DNA of 61,379 bases from the NCBI GenBank assembly GCA_015523565.1, contig WAKA01000126.1, positions 1 to 61,379 of the forward strand, written 5' to 3'. Under the pieces are notes generated by a model. The model saw only the letters and a program-made list of their open reading frames with translations, searched no databases and had not been told where the DNA came from. How positions within the stretch are numbered: the first letter of the stretch is position 1; every line of letters begins with the position of its first letter. The DNA is from Candidatus Heimdallarchaeota archaeon. Lineage in GTDB: Archaea > Asgardarchaeota > Heimdallarchaeia > Heimdallarchaeales > Kariarchaeaceae. A program made the position numbers and the translations under genes. This document shows, piece by piece, positions 28,665 through 37,637 of the stretch.

Positions 28665-29432
28665 GTGAATGATATGGCTGTCTTAGAAATAAAAGATCTA
28701 CATGTATCTGTTGAAAACCAAGAAATTCTTCATGGCGTCAACTTAAAAATTGAATCCGGACAAATTGCCGGTATCATGGGAAGAAATGGATCAGGAAAAT
28801 CCACTCTTGCCAAAACAATCTTTGGGCATCCCGATTATGAAGTAACCAAAGGTGATATCCTCTTCAATGGTGAGAGCATCCTTGATAAATCCACTGATGA
28901 AAGAGCTCGGATGGGCTTGTTTTTGGGATTTCAAAGCCCTATTGCAATAGAAGGCGTCACACTTTCAAACTTTCTACGAACTGCCTTGCATTTGAAATAT
29001 CCAGATCAAAAATTGGAAAACCCCATTAAGTTCCATAGAAGATTAAAACAGGAATTAAAGGAGGTTGGACTGGATGAAAATTTTATTTCTCGCGGCGTGA
29101 ATGAGAATGCTTCTGGTGGCGAAAGAAAAAAAGCTGAAATTATTCAATTGAAAGCATTAAAACCAGTCATCGCGGTTTTAGATGAAATTGACAGTGGTTT
29201 GGATATCGATGCTCTTAAGTCAGTCGCTGATGCAATTATCAGGGAAAAAGAAGAGAATGGGACTGGGTTTCTATTAATCACACACTACAACAGGCTATTG
29301 ACCCACACAAAACCTGATGTTGTTTATCTGATGCATCAAGGTAAAATTGTCATGAAAGGTGACTCAGAACTTCCTCAACAGTTAGAAGAGAAGGGATATG
29401 AGGCATTGGTCAATCAGGTAACTGCCTCTTAA
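28665..29432 (+). CDS. sufC: Fe-S assembly ATPase SufC
   Basis: GRNGSGKST, SGGERKK, LDEIDSGLDIDAL, ITHY. Confidence 0.95.
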   Translation: MNDMAVLEIKDLHVSVENQEILHGVNLKIESGQIAGIMGRNGSGKSTLAKTIFGHPDYEVTKGDILFNGESILDKSTDERARMGLFLGFQSPIAIEGVTLSNFLRTALHLKYPDQKLENPIKFHRRLKQELKEVGLDENFISRGVNENASGGERKKAEIIQLKALKPVIAVLDEIDSGLDIDALKSVADAIIREKEENGTGFLLITHYNRLLTHTKPDVVYLMHQGKIVMKGDSELPQQLEEKGYEALVNQVTAS

Positions 29433-29686
29433 AATGCAGACAAAACTATTCTGAAAAGCACAAACACAATCCAATTTACAAGAATATAGGCTATCAATAT
29501 CATGGCGGGAGTAGTGATAAATACCTCCTTTTTCCTTTCTTTGGATATTTCTTCCCTATGATCCCATGTATAAATTCCAACTCTGATGGCCTGTGCAATG
29601 AATGGCAAAAATATCAAAAAAACTACTGCAAACACTAAATAGAAAACAATGTCTTCAGATACCATTTCATTTCTCCTCCATCGCAA
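29429..29686 (-). CDS. Small 2-TM membrane protein
   Basis: Two hydrophobic segments. The probable start MVSEDIV directly follows the HhH gene. Confidence 0.55.
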   Translation of the reverse strand: MRWRRNEMVSEDIVFYLVFAVVFLIFLPFIAQAIRVGIYTWDHREEISKERKKEVFITTPAMILIAYILVNWIVFVLFRIVLSAF

Positions 29687-30938
29687 AGCTAATCCATCCC
29701 TTTACTTTTTTAAGCGGTGCTTTTGTTATTTCTTTTAATTTTTCCTCATCGACTTCACGTAATTGCCTAATAGTTTCGATTCCCGAAGCTTTTAACCTCT
29801 GTAAATATGTTGGTCCAATTCCTGGAACTTTCAATAGTTCGTCCCCTATTTCTTTTGTAAACTCCACTCCTTTTGACATTGCTTTTGCATTTTCCAAAAT
29901 CAATTTGGCTTTTCTTGTTGGAACTTTAAGTATTCCGCTCAATTCTTCAAAAGAGAGATTCAATAACTTTTCAATAGTGTCTATTTGTACTGAAAGAAGT
30001 CGTCTTTTGTATGTAGGTCCAATCCCGCTGATTTTCTCAAGATCGAATTTCGATTCTTCTTCCTTGATTCTTGGCTCTATTTCATTTAGACCTAATAATT
30101 TTCGGGCTGAATTTATGAAACGATATGATTTTTGATGGGAAAACTTGGTCTGCAATTGGTCAACGCCAGCTTTTGCTAAATCAGAGACTGTCATTATCCC
30201 TAATTCATTTAGGATTTGCTCTGTTTTAGGTCCTATTCCTGTGATCACATGGACTGGCTGTATTTCAATTGATACTTCCTCTTTTTCTTGTTTTTCTATT
30301 ACTGCTGGTGGCTCTTGAATTTCCAATCCCAAATAATTCAGGACATATTCCAACCATCCTTGCACTTTTTTTAATGATGCATGGGTAATGTTCTTGACTT
30401 CTTTCAAGTTCATGTCAGCAAGTTGATGGAAAAATAGAATTCCATGTTCTTTTAACCTCTTGAAATACGTTTGTCCAATGCCTGGCACCTCCAGTAATAA
30501 TATGCCTGTCTCCTTTAGTGGGGTCTTCTCATCCTCTGTTATTTGAATTGGTATTTTAATTGAAGGTTCTGGAACTTTTTCTCTAATCTCAAACTCCTTT
30601 TCTATGAATGCAATGGTTCCATCATCCATAGGCGCTTCAATATGGAACCTCCATATCCCATATCTTTTAGTGTTTTGTAATTTTGTCTCAAAAATAACTG
30701 ACTTGCCACGTCTTCTCGCTTTATATCTATTTTCTCCTTTGGCATCCACTAACAAAACAACAGTTGACTTCCAATCTGCAACTCCGTTAATTTGCAATTT
30801 GAGTAAGTCTTTTGGTTGAAATAATTCTGTTTTCTCTTCTCCTCTAAAAAGCTCAATAGAAACATTTTGAATGTGACTTGCTTGATCAACTGCTTTGTCT
30901 TCTTGTTCAATTGATTCCTTATTGTTATCCATTATCAA
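29667..30938 (-). CDS. Protein with four helix-hairpin-helix modules and an N-terminal beta domain
   Basis: VPGIGQTY, ITGIGPKT, ISGIGPTY, VPGIGPTY repeats. Confidence 0.8.
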   Translation of the reverse strand: MIMDNNKESIEQEDKAVDQASHIQNVSIELFRGEEKTELFQPKDLLKLQINGVADWKSTVVLLVDAKGENRYKARRRGKSVIFETKLQNTKRYGIWRFHIEAPMDDGTIAFIEKEFEIREKVPEPSIKIPIQITEDEKTPLKETGILLLEVPGIGQTYFKRLKEHGILFFHQLADMNLKEVKNITHASLKKVQGWLEYVLNYLGLEIQEPPAVIEKQEKEEVSIEIQPVHVITGIGPKTEQILNELGIMTVSDLAKAGVDQLQTKFSHQKSYRFINSARKLLGLNEIEPRIKEEESKFDLEKISGIGPTYKRRLLSVQIDTIEKLLNLSFEELSGILKVPTRKAKLILENAKAMSKGVEFTKEIGDELLKVPGIGPTYLQRLKASGIETIRQLREVDEEKLKEITKAPLKKVKGWISFAMEEK

Positions 30939-31084
30939 GCTGATTAACTATCATATGCTTTTAACGAAATCGTAATATCCATGCATGGGGGGAAAAAAGG
31001 GTGATGTATTTTTATATAATTCAGCTTGTTGGCACAAAGTTATAAAATTATAATCTATTTAATTATTTAACTATTGTACAAGAG

Positions 31085-33268
31085 GTGCAAAATATGGTTG
31101 ATTTGAGTGAGCTTATTGAGATGTCTTCCTCGCAAGATAAGAAAGTGAGAAAACAGGCAGCTCAAGAATTTAAAAAGTTAGATTATAGATACCCTGAAGC
31201 AATGGAAACTTTGCAACGATTGACGAATGATCCTGATAGGGGTGTTCGAAAAGAGGCAGAAAAAAGCCTGAAAGAATTAAGAAACAAACCAGAACCAGAA
31301 CCTGTTGTATCTGAAGAAGCTGGAACTGAAGGGACGGCATTTGATGGTCAAGTAGGAGATTCTTCGCTTGAAGCAGGGGAGTATGATGTTGAATCCTCCC
31401 TATCTGTCGAAGAAGAACAGAAATTGGACGAAAAATATGAGGGAAGGGGGCTAGTGGTAGAAATCCAAGAAATTGAAAAGATGACCTTGGATTCTACAGG
31501 AAATATATTGGAGAAATCCAATTGCGAAGGTGTTGTAACTGTCCTTAACAACGGGCAAAAAGACAGGATATTTGGTATTGACTTAAAATTGAAAGGATTT
31601 GAAGGGTTGAATGAACAAGATGGTGAAGAACCATTCAACGAGGACATCAGCATTATTGATCTTGATCCAAAAGAAACATGGCAAAAGCATTACAACTTTG
31701 AAAGCAGTGAGGAGCCAATCCAAGTTAAAATTGAATATGTTGATGAAGAAAGCGGTTTGCTTCCTAATTTTCTTGGAAAAGAAGAGGTTACATTCAAAAA
31801 CAATATCCAGATTACCAACACTTCTGATCAAGAATTAAAGAATGTAAAAATCATGAAGTTCATCAGTCAATATGGCAAGGTTCAAGACGCAAGCTCAAAC
31901 ATGGGCAATGTCAATTCTGAAGGTGATAAGGTTATCTTGACATTAGACGCCCTTGCCCCTGGTGAAACTGCAACATTGACAGTTACATTAACAGGATCGT
32001 TACCTGAAGGGGTAACTGCTTATGAAGCTGGTCAAATTCTAGTATCGTATGACCAACCCAAACTTTATTCTGGCTTGGATTTTGTTTCAATTGATGGTGT
32101 CTCCAACCATAAGCAATCATTAAGGAGAGTTGAAAGAGAAGAGGAGCCTGGCGTATATGATTGTGTTGTCTATTTTGAAAACCGATCTGAATTCCCTTAT
32201 GACTTAAATACCCTAAAGGTGTTTGAAGGCAACATTGAAAACCAGACACTTGTATTGGATTGGGATGGAACAGAAGGAACAGAGGAAGAACGTGAGGTTC
32301 AACCTGGTGAGAAAGTGGCATTTGAGTTTGCATTTGAATATGACGGTGAAGGAGCGCCAACGTTTGGAAGGATTGTCGATTTTTCAGTTCAAAGTCAAGT
32401 GATGGCTTATACACACACTGAACTAACGATTCCTGCAGAGAAACTCAAATTCATGGCGCTTGCTGTCCAAAAAGTGTACGAACTGGACAAAGTTCCATCT
32501 TATACCAAAACCAAAGTTCCTACACTCATCGAAGTTACAGGTGTTGGTACTTATCCATTGGAGGCAATTGAAGTCAAGGACAGTATCCCCTCTGGATTTG
32601 AAGCACCCCAAACTGAAGAAATTGAAGTTAGATATAATGGTGAACCATTAGCTGATGGATTTACTGTTTCTGGAACTGCATTGGAAAGTGAAGACATATC
32701 CAATGAACGACAATTGGTTATTCAATTTGAACATTTAGAGGAAAATGAAAAAATCCAAGGATTCAAGGAAAACGACAAGTTTGAAATTCATTATCCCGTG
32801 ACAGTGGTACGACCAACAAAAGATGCTGGCGTTTTGAAAGGTGCCGTGACTGTTGAAGGCTATATTTATGCAAACCCTGATCAAAAAGTCGTAACAACAG
32901 CAGAAGATGAAATCCAAGGCATCGAGGTTGTCCACGAGAGAATTGCCATTGATGTTGCAAAAGAACTGTTGGCAACCACAACAGCAGAAGGAAAGGGTTT
33001 CCAGATCACGCTTTTCGGAGAGAACTTCGGAAACAAGGCAGTAACCTTTACATTGAAGGACTTAATTCCCAAGGGATTCCGAATTGTCGGTGACACCATA
33101 GAGGAACCACCTGTAAAAAGTGAAGACGTAAAGACTTCAGAGGAAGGAACAGAAAAACTTTGGACTTTTGAAAATGTAGGTCCTGGTGAAGAGGTGAAGG
33201 TTACCTATACTATAGTTGGAGAAGGAAAATATAACCCAAGAGATGCACAGGTAGTTGCACAAGGTTAA
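31085..33268 (+). CDS. HEAT pair + acidic linker + mu-homology-like/Ig-like beta-sandwich protein
   Basis: DKKVRKQAA...DPDRGVRKEAEKSL; GLVVEIQEIEKMTLDSTGNILEKSNCEGVVTV; VKDSIPSGF and LKDLIPKGF repeats. Very acidic, no signal peptide. Confidence 0.65.
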   Translation: MQNMVDLSELIEMSSSQDKKVRKQAAQEFKKLDYRYPEAMETLQRLTNDPDRGVRKEAEKSLKELRNKPEPEPVVSEEAGTEGTAFDGQVGDSSLEAGEYDVESSLSVEEEQKLDEKYEGRGLVVEIQEIEKMTLDSTGNILEKSNCEGVVTVLNNGQKDRIFGIDLKLKGFEGLNEQDGEEPFNEDISIIDLDPKETWQKHYNFESSEEPIQVKIEYVDEESGLLPNFLGKEEVTFKNNIQITNTSDQELKNVKIMKFISQYGKVQDASSNMGNVNSEGDKVILTLDALAPGETATLTVTLTGSLPEGVTAYEAGQILVSYDQPKLYSGLDFVSIDGVSNHKQSLRRVEREEEPGVYDCVVYFENRSEFPYDLNTLKVFEGNIENQTLVLDWDGTEGTEEEREVQPGEKVAFEFAFEYDGEGAPTFGRIVDFSVQSQVMAYTHTELTIPAEKLKFMALAVQKVYELDKVPSYTKTKVPTLIEVTGVGTYPLEAIEVKDSIPSGFEAPQTEEIEVRYNGEPLADGFTVSGTALESEDISNERQLVIQFEHLEENEKIQGFKENDKFEIHYPVTVVRPTKDAGVLKGAVTVEGYIYANPDQKVVTTAEDEIQGIEVVHERIAIDVAKELLATTTAEGKGFQITLFGENFGNKAVTFTLKDLIPKGFRIVGDTIEEPPVKSEDVKTSEEGTEKLWTFENVGPGEEVKVTYTIVGEGKYNPRDAQVVAQG

Positions 33269-33377
33269 ATCATGTAAATATTATCAATTCTAATAATCAA
33301 TGACTATTTATCTGAATAATTTATACTAAAAATCAATACACCAAAAGTTTATTTTCTTAATTGAATTACATCAAATC

Positions 33378-33962
33378 ATGGCAACAACAGCAGAACTATT
33401 GGGAATACTATATCCCTATATCATGATAATCATTGGCATTCTAGGTGTTGCATTGGGAATTGATCGTATTTTCAAGAAAAGGGAAGAAGAAAGCAAGAAG
33501 CTTCAAGTCCTTTCCTTTTTTGGAGGGTTGGTCTTTTTGGCGCTTCCCATTGTCATGGTTATAACCATTGATACAGAAGGTGTCTATTCCAACTATACAT
33601 TGCTTCTTATGTTTTTAACAGGTCTGTCGCTAAATGCAAGACCTTTTGAAAAGATTCCTGCCGCATTTACAATTGTCTCTTTAATAGGGATACTTATTTT
33701 TGTACTTGTGCTTCAACTTCGACAAACCTCTGAATTTATACAGGGAATCCCATTACAGTATATCCTTATTGGGATAGGGGTTATAATCCTAATCCTTTTC
33801 CTCATGACTTTTATGGCTGAACAGGCATTGGATGCCTTTCTCTTCCTTCTTGGTTGGGGTCTTATTGTCCTTGTTCTTTCCTTGTTGTCCTTAATACAAG
33901 CCATCGCAATACTTGTAACTGGAAACAGATACGGATTGCTCTCATTTGTCGGTTTCGGATAA
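33378..33962 (+). CDS. Hypothetical membrane protein (about 6 TM)
   Basis: Highly hydrophobic 194-aa ORF. Confidence 0.7.
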   Translation: MATTAELLGILYPYIMIIIGILGVALGIDRIFKKREEESKKLQVLSFFGGLVFLALPIVMVITIDTEGVYSNYTLLLMFLTGLSLNARPFEKIPAAFTIVSLIGILIFVLVLQLRQTSEFIQGIPLQYILIGIGVIILILFLMTFMAEQALDAFLFLLGWGLIVLVLSLLSLIQAIAILVTGNRYGLLSFVGFG

Positions 33963-33992
33963 GTTAAGTTCTGTATTCCTCTAACTAACATA

Positions 33993-34487
33993 TTGAAACA
34001 ACATTTCACAGCAACTACTTACATATTGAATGAAAAACAAGACAAAATGGCTTTCCTTTGGCATCCAAAACTTAATTCATGGATGCCGCCTGGTGGGCAT
34101 ATCGAAAATAATGAAACACATGAACAGGCCGCGATAAGAGAAATAAAAGAAGAACTGGGTTTTATTCATGGCAAATTTATCATCCCATGCCAAGTTCAAC
34201 CCAAAAGAATAGACAAAAGGGCAAGAATCATGCTTCAACCTCACTTAATTCTCAAAGAAGAAATAGCACCAGATCACTTTCATTTGGATCTTATTTTTTA
34301 TGCAATTTGCAATGAACAAACAATAAACTCACCAGAAGGGCATATGACCAAGTGGATGACTCTTGAAGAAATCCATCAAACAGAAAAAATGATCCCGAAC
34401 GTAAGGCTGTTGGCTATTCGAGGATTTACCCTTCAGGGACTTGAAACCGTTGACTTTAGTTTCTTTGAAAGTTCATCAAGCATATAA
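33993..34487 (+). CDS. NUDIX hydrolase
   Basis: Nudix box GGHIENNETHEQAAIREIKEELG. Confidence 0.9.
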   Translation: MKQHFTATTYILNEKQDKMAFLWHPKLNSWMPPGGHIENNETHEQAAIREIKEELGFIHGKFIIPCQVQPKRIDKRARIMLQPHLILKEEIAPDHFHLDLIFYAICNEQTINSPEGHMTKWMTLEEIHQTEKMIPNVRLLAIRGFTLQGLETVDFSFFESSSSI

Positions 34488-35389
34488 ATTACCAAATCCT
34501 CAAGCGAAAACTTGCTTTCCCAACCCCATTCCTCCTTTGCAACAGTGTCATCAATGGATTTTGGCCAACTGTCTGCAATCTGTTGCCGATAGTCTGGTTT
34601 ATAGTCGATAATGAATTCTGGAATATGCTTTTTTATTTCCTCTGCCAACATCTGTGGTGTGAAAGATATTCCCGCCACATTAAATGTTCGATGAATCAAT
34701 TTGTCTTCTGGTGCCTCAAAAAGTTGTATTGTTGCATTGATGCAGTCTGGCATTGCCATCATTGGCATCATTGTGTCTGGTTTAACAAAACATGTGTATT
34801 TTTTCTCTTCGATTGCCTTATAGAATATTTCCACTGCCCAATCAGTTGTTCCTCCCCCTGGGAGTGTTTTTGCCGAGATAATCCCTGGATATCTCAGGGA
34901 TCGGAAATCCAATCCAAATTTCAAGACAAAATATTCTCCTAATAATTCTGTATAAACCTTTGAAATTCCATAGATTGTTGTGGGTCGCATGATTGTGTCA
35001 TTTGGCGTATCAATTTTTGGAGTTGAAGGTCCAAATGCTGCAATAGAACTTGGGGACAATATCCTTTGGACATTCTCCTCATGGGCAACGGTAAGTACAT
35101 TCTCCAATCCACGAATATTTACATTCATTGCCAAGTAAGGATTTTCCTCTCCTTTGGCAGAGAGTATTGATGCATTATGGATAATTCCCTCAATTTGGTA
35201 TTCTCGAACAATCTGCCTTAACGCTTCCCTATCTGTTACGTCAAGACGGGTAAATGTACTATATTCTAATTCTTCTTTAGGTGGGTCTCTGATGTCTGAA
35301 GAAATTATATTGTATCCTCGTTTTGATAATGCAGGTATCAACTCACTGCTAATCTGTCCAGAACTTCCAGTAACTAATATGTTCTTCAT
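34433..35389 (-). CDS. L-threonine 3-dehydrogenase (SDR / NAD-dependent epimerase type)
   Basis: ILVTGSSGQI, PSSIAAFG, YGISK, LRYPGIIS, PGGGTTD, RQQIADSWP. Confidence 0.85.
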   Translation of the reverse strand: MKNILVTGSSGQISSELIPALSKRGYNIISSDIRDPPKEELEYSTFTRLDVTDREALRQIVREYQIEGIIHNASILSAKGEENPYLAMNVNIRGLENVLTVAHEENVQRILSPSSIAAFGPSTPKIDTPNDTIMRPTTIYGISKVYTELLGEYFVLKFGLDFRSLRYPGIISAKTLPGGGTTDWAVEIFYKAIEEKKYTCFVKPDTMMPMMAMPDCINATIQLFEAPEDKLIHRTFNVAGISFTPQMLAEEIKKHIPEFIIDYKPDYRQQIADSWPKSIDDTVAKEEWGWESKFSLEDLVIYMLDELSKKLKSTVSSP

Positions 35390-35521
35390 AAGACTTTCTA
35401 ACAGTATTTTGATATCTTATTTTACTTTTTGAAGGGACAGGTCAAAACAGGAAAAAAATCAAAATTTTTAATCAAATTCCCAATCTTAACCCTTAATTTC
35501 TATTGAAATAATAAAAAAATT

Positions 35522-36349
35522 GTGGAAACCCCGATAAGACTAGAACAATGGATGGTTATCCGAATATCTGGAAACGATAAGACTAACTTTCTTAATGGTC
35601 TTATCCCAACCGACATCAATAAGGTTCCTCTTGGACAATTCATTAAAAGTTGTTGGCTTTCCCCCCAAGGGAAAATAAAAAGCATTTTTTGGATGGGTTA
35701 TTTCAAAAATGATCAGCTCTTGTCTGATGATGGATTTATTTTCCTTGTTCCACCAGAAATGAAAAGAGAACTAGTTGAAGACCTTGTTCGTTTCAATCTC
35801 AATCTTCAGGTGAAATTAGAGGATATCAGTTCAGAAATCCCTCCATTGTATTTTTCTGCAAGTGATGTTACAGATTGTTATTACCGCATGAGTGGTTTTC
35901 CTTTCTTTCCAGATGGTTTTTTTGTCTTTGTATCAGAAATCCCTGAATCGATTCCTTATTCCGAGAGTTTACCCTATTTAGTAAAAAAAGATTATATTCC
36001 TCCGTACGCTCTAAAAGGATTAAACCCATTTGAAGTTGGACTTCGTGACTGTATTGATCTTGAAAAAGGATGCTTTTTGGGTCAAGAACCTTTAGCGCGC
36101 ATGACTTATCGTGGACGTCCAAGATACATGACATATTTATGTTCGCTTGACATGCAAAATTTTGAAAAATACACAAAGGACGACAAGATTGTCTCTGAAT
36201 CCCATGAGATTGGTCGCATTGTGTTTAAGATGAAATTGGGTGATGAAGTTTTTTTCATTTGCCAACTCAGATCAAGGGATTTGCCAGAAACTATTTTTTC
36301 ACAAGCCTTGAAGACACTTAATGCCAGAATTGTTGGTAAATATAGCTAA
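35522..36349 (+). CDS. ygfZ: YgfZ/GcvT-like folate-binding Fe-S maturation protein
   Basis: Signature KGCFLGQE; ISGNDKTNFLNG. Confidence 0.85.
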   Translation: METPIRLEQWMVIRISGNDKTNFLNGLIPTDINKVPLGQFIKSCWLSPQGKIKSIFWMGYFKNDQLLSDDGFIFLVPPEMKRELVEDLVRFNLNLQVKLEDISSEIPPLYFSASDVTDCYYRMSGFPFFPDGFFVFVSEIPESIPYSESLPYLVKKDYIPPYALKGLNPFEVGLRDCIDLEKGCFLGQEPLARMTYRGRPRYMTYLCSLDMQNFEKYTKDDKIVSESHEIGRIVFKMKLGDEVFFICQLRSRDLPETIFSQALKTLNARIVGKYS

Positions 36350-36401
36350 GCATCATATTTTTCAAGTTTGGTTTAAAAAAGGATAGATTCCTGGAGAAAT
36401 C

Positions 36402-36785
36402 ATGCTTAATCAATATATTCTTCTGGCAATTACTATTATTGTCCTTGCATTTGCACTTTTCATAGGTGAAAAGGTGTTTGGAAATCGAAAGGTGAAGTTA
36501 ACTGGTTCATATTTCCTTATGGCTATTTTGGTGGCTGTTGTTATCCTTGTCCTGTTGATTGTTTCATATGCTGTTTCTGGTTTTTTCAGTTTTCTCCCTG
36601 GAATTTCAGGCATTGGTTCCATCTTGGGCTTCATCCTTTCAGCATATGCAGTTAAATCCCTGCTCATGAAATCTGCCTCATATGAACGTGCGGTTTGGGT
36701 AACATTGGTTGCATTTTTGGTTGTATTTCTTATTGAAGGTATTGCTTCGCTTTTAGGGACGTCAATTATCGTAATCATTGCCTAA
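36402..36785 (+). CDS. Small 4-TM membrane protein
   Basis: Hydrophobic 127-aa ORF with an SD-like GGAG upstream. Confidence 0.65.
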   Translation: MLNQYILLAITIIVLAFALFIGEKVFGNRKVKLTGSYFLMAILVAVVILVLLIVSYAVSGFFSFLPGISGIGSILGFILSAYAVKSLLMKSASYERAVWVTLVAFLVVFLIEGIASLLGTSIIVIIA

Positions 36786-37474
36786 ATTAGCAAATCTTGT
36801 GCTTGATAGCTGATTATCCTTTCATTGAATTTCTCGGCATACTCACAATTTGCATCTATTCCCCTTCCCCTTCTTCTTATGCGCATTAATTCTCCAATGT
36901 CTTTCCAACCAAAAAGATTTTCATAATAATTTCCGCATGCAGTAACCTTGTCAATGGTTGAACTCACATCAACATATATTGTTGGCAGTAAATCATTCTC
37001 GTGATAATAAAAAAGTCTTATCGGTTCTCGATAACTTTTGCCCCTTCCCATTAACTTATCCAGACGACAAAAGGTCAAGGCATCCAAAACAATTTGTGCT
37101 GTATTCCGATGGTCATGGTGTACTGATTGTGGTCCCCAAGATATTATTGCATGTGGTTGCAATTCCGCAATTTTTTTAGCTAACTCTATGGCATTGTCCC
37201 TCGTCGCTGAAATTCTGGTATCCCCCCAATCAAAGAAAATGGGATCATTAATGCCCAATAGTGTGCAAATCTCATATGCCTGTTCTTCTCTTACATTTTT
37301 GATTTTCTCAATGCTTTCATTTCCAAATTTTGTTGTGAGCTCTCCATGACTTAAAAAAATAAGAAAAACATTGTCACCATTTTCTGCGTGCTTTGCAAGC
37401 GTCCCCACCATCCCCAACTCATCATCTGGGTGTGATAGAATCGCTAAAATCCGTTTTTCTGATCGAAAGCTCAT
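36782..37474 (-). CDS. PIG-L family deacetylase
   Basis: SHPDDE, R..EA-like segment, HHDH. Confidence 0.9.
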   Translation of the reverse strand: MSFRSEKRILAILSHPDDELGMVGTLAKHAENGDNVFLIFLSHGELTTKFGNESIEKIKNVREEQAYEICTLLGINDPIFFDWGDTRISATRDNAIELAKKIAELQPHAIISWGPQSVHHDHRNTAQIVLDALTFCRLDKLMGRGKSYREPIRLFYYHENDLLPTIYVDVSSTIDKVTACGNYYENLFGWKDIGELMRIRRRGRGIDANCEYAEKFNERIISYQAQDLLI

Positions 37475-37637
37475 AAGACGAAAATTTCCATGAAATTAAA
37501 TCTCTTTTGCAATTGGCAAATATGCATGCATTGCTTTCTAATTAACGGAATTCATATATTTCGTGTTTTTAAGTGCTTTCAACAGAAAAAAATAACCTGA
37601 ATTTGGTAACAAAACCTCAAAACTCTTAAATTCTCAA

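Noticed and set aside
34433-34487. 55-bp convergent overlap of the NUDIX and threonine dehydrogenase genes as a regulatory feature
   Set aside because: Short tail-to-tail overlaps recur throughout the window and reflect genome compaction.
36410-36778. Antisense ORF over the small membrane protein, and the many other short shadow ORFs in the track
   Set aside because: They overlap well-supported genes and show no family motifs.
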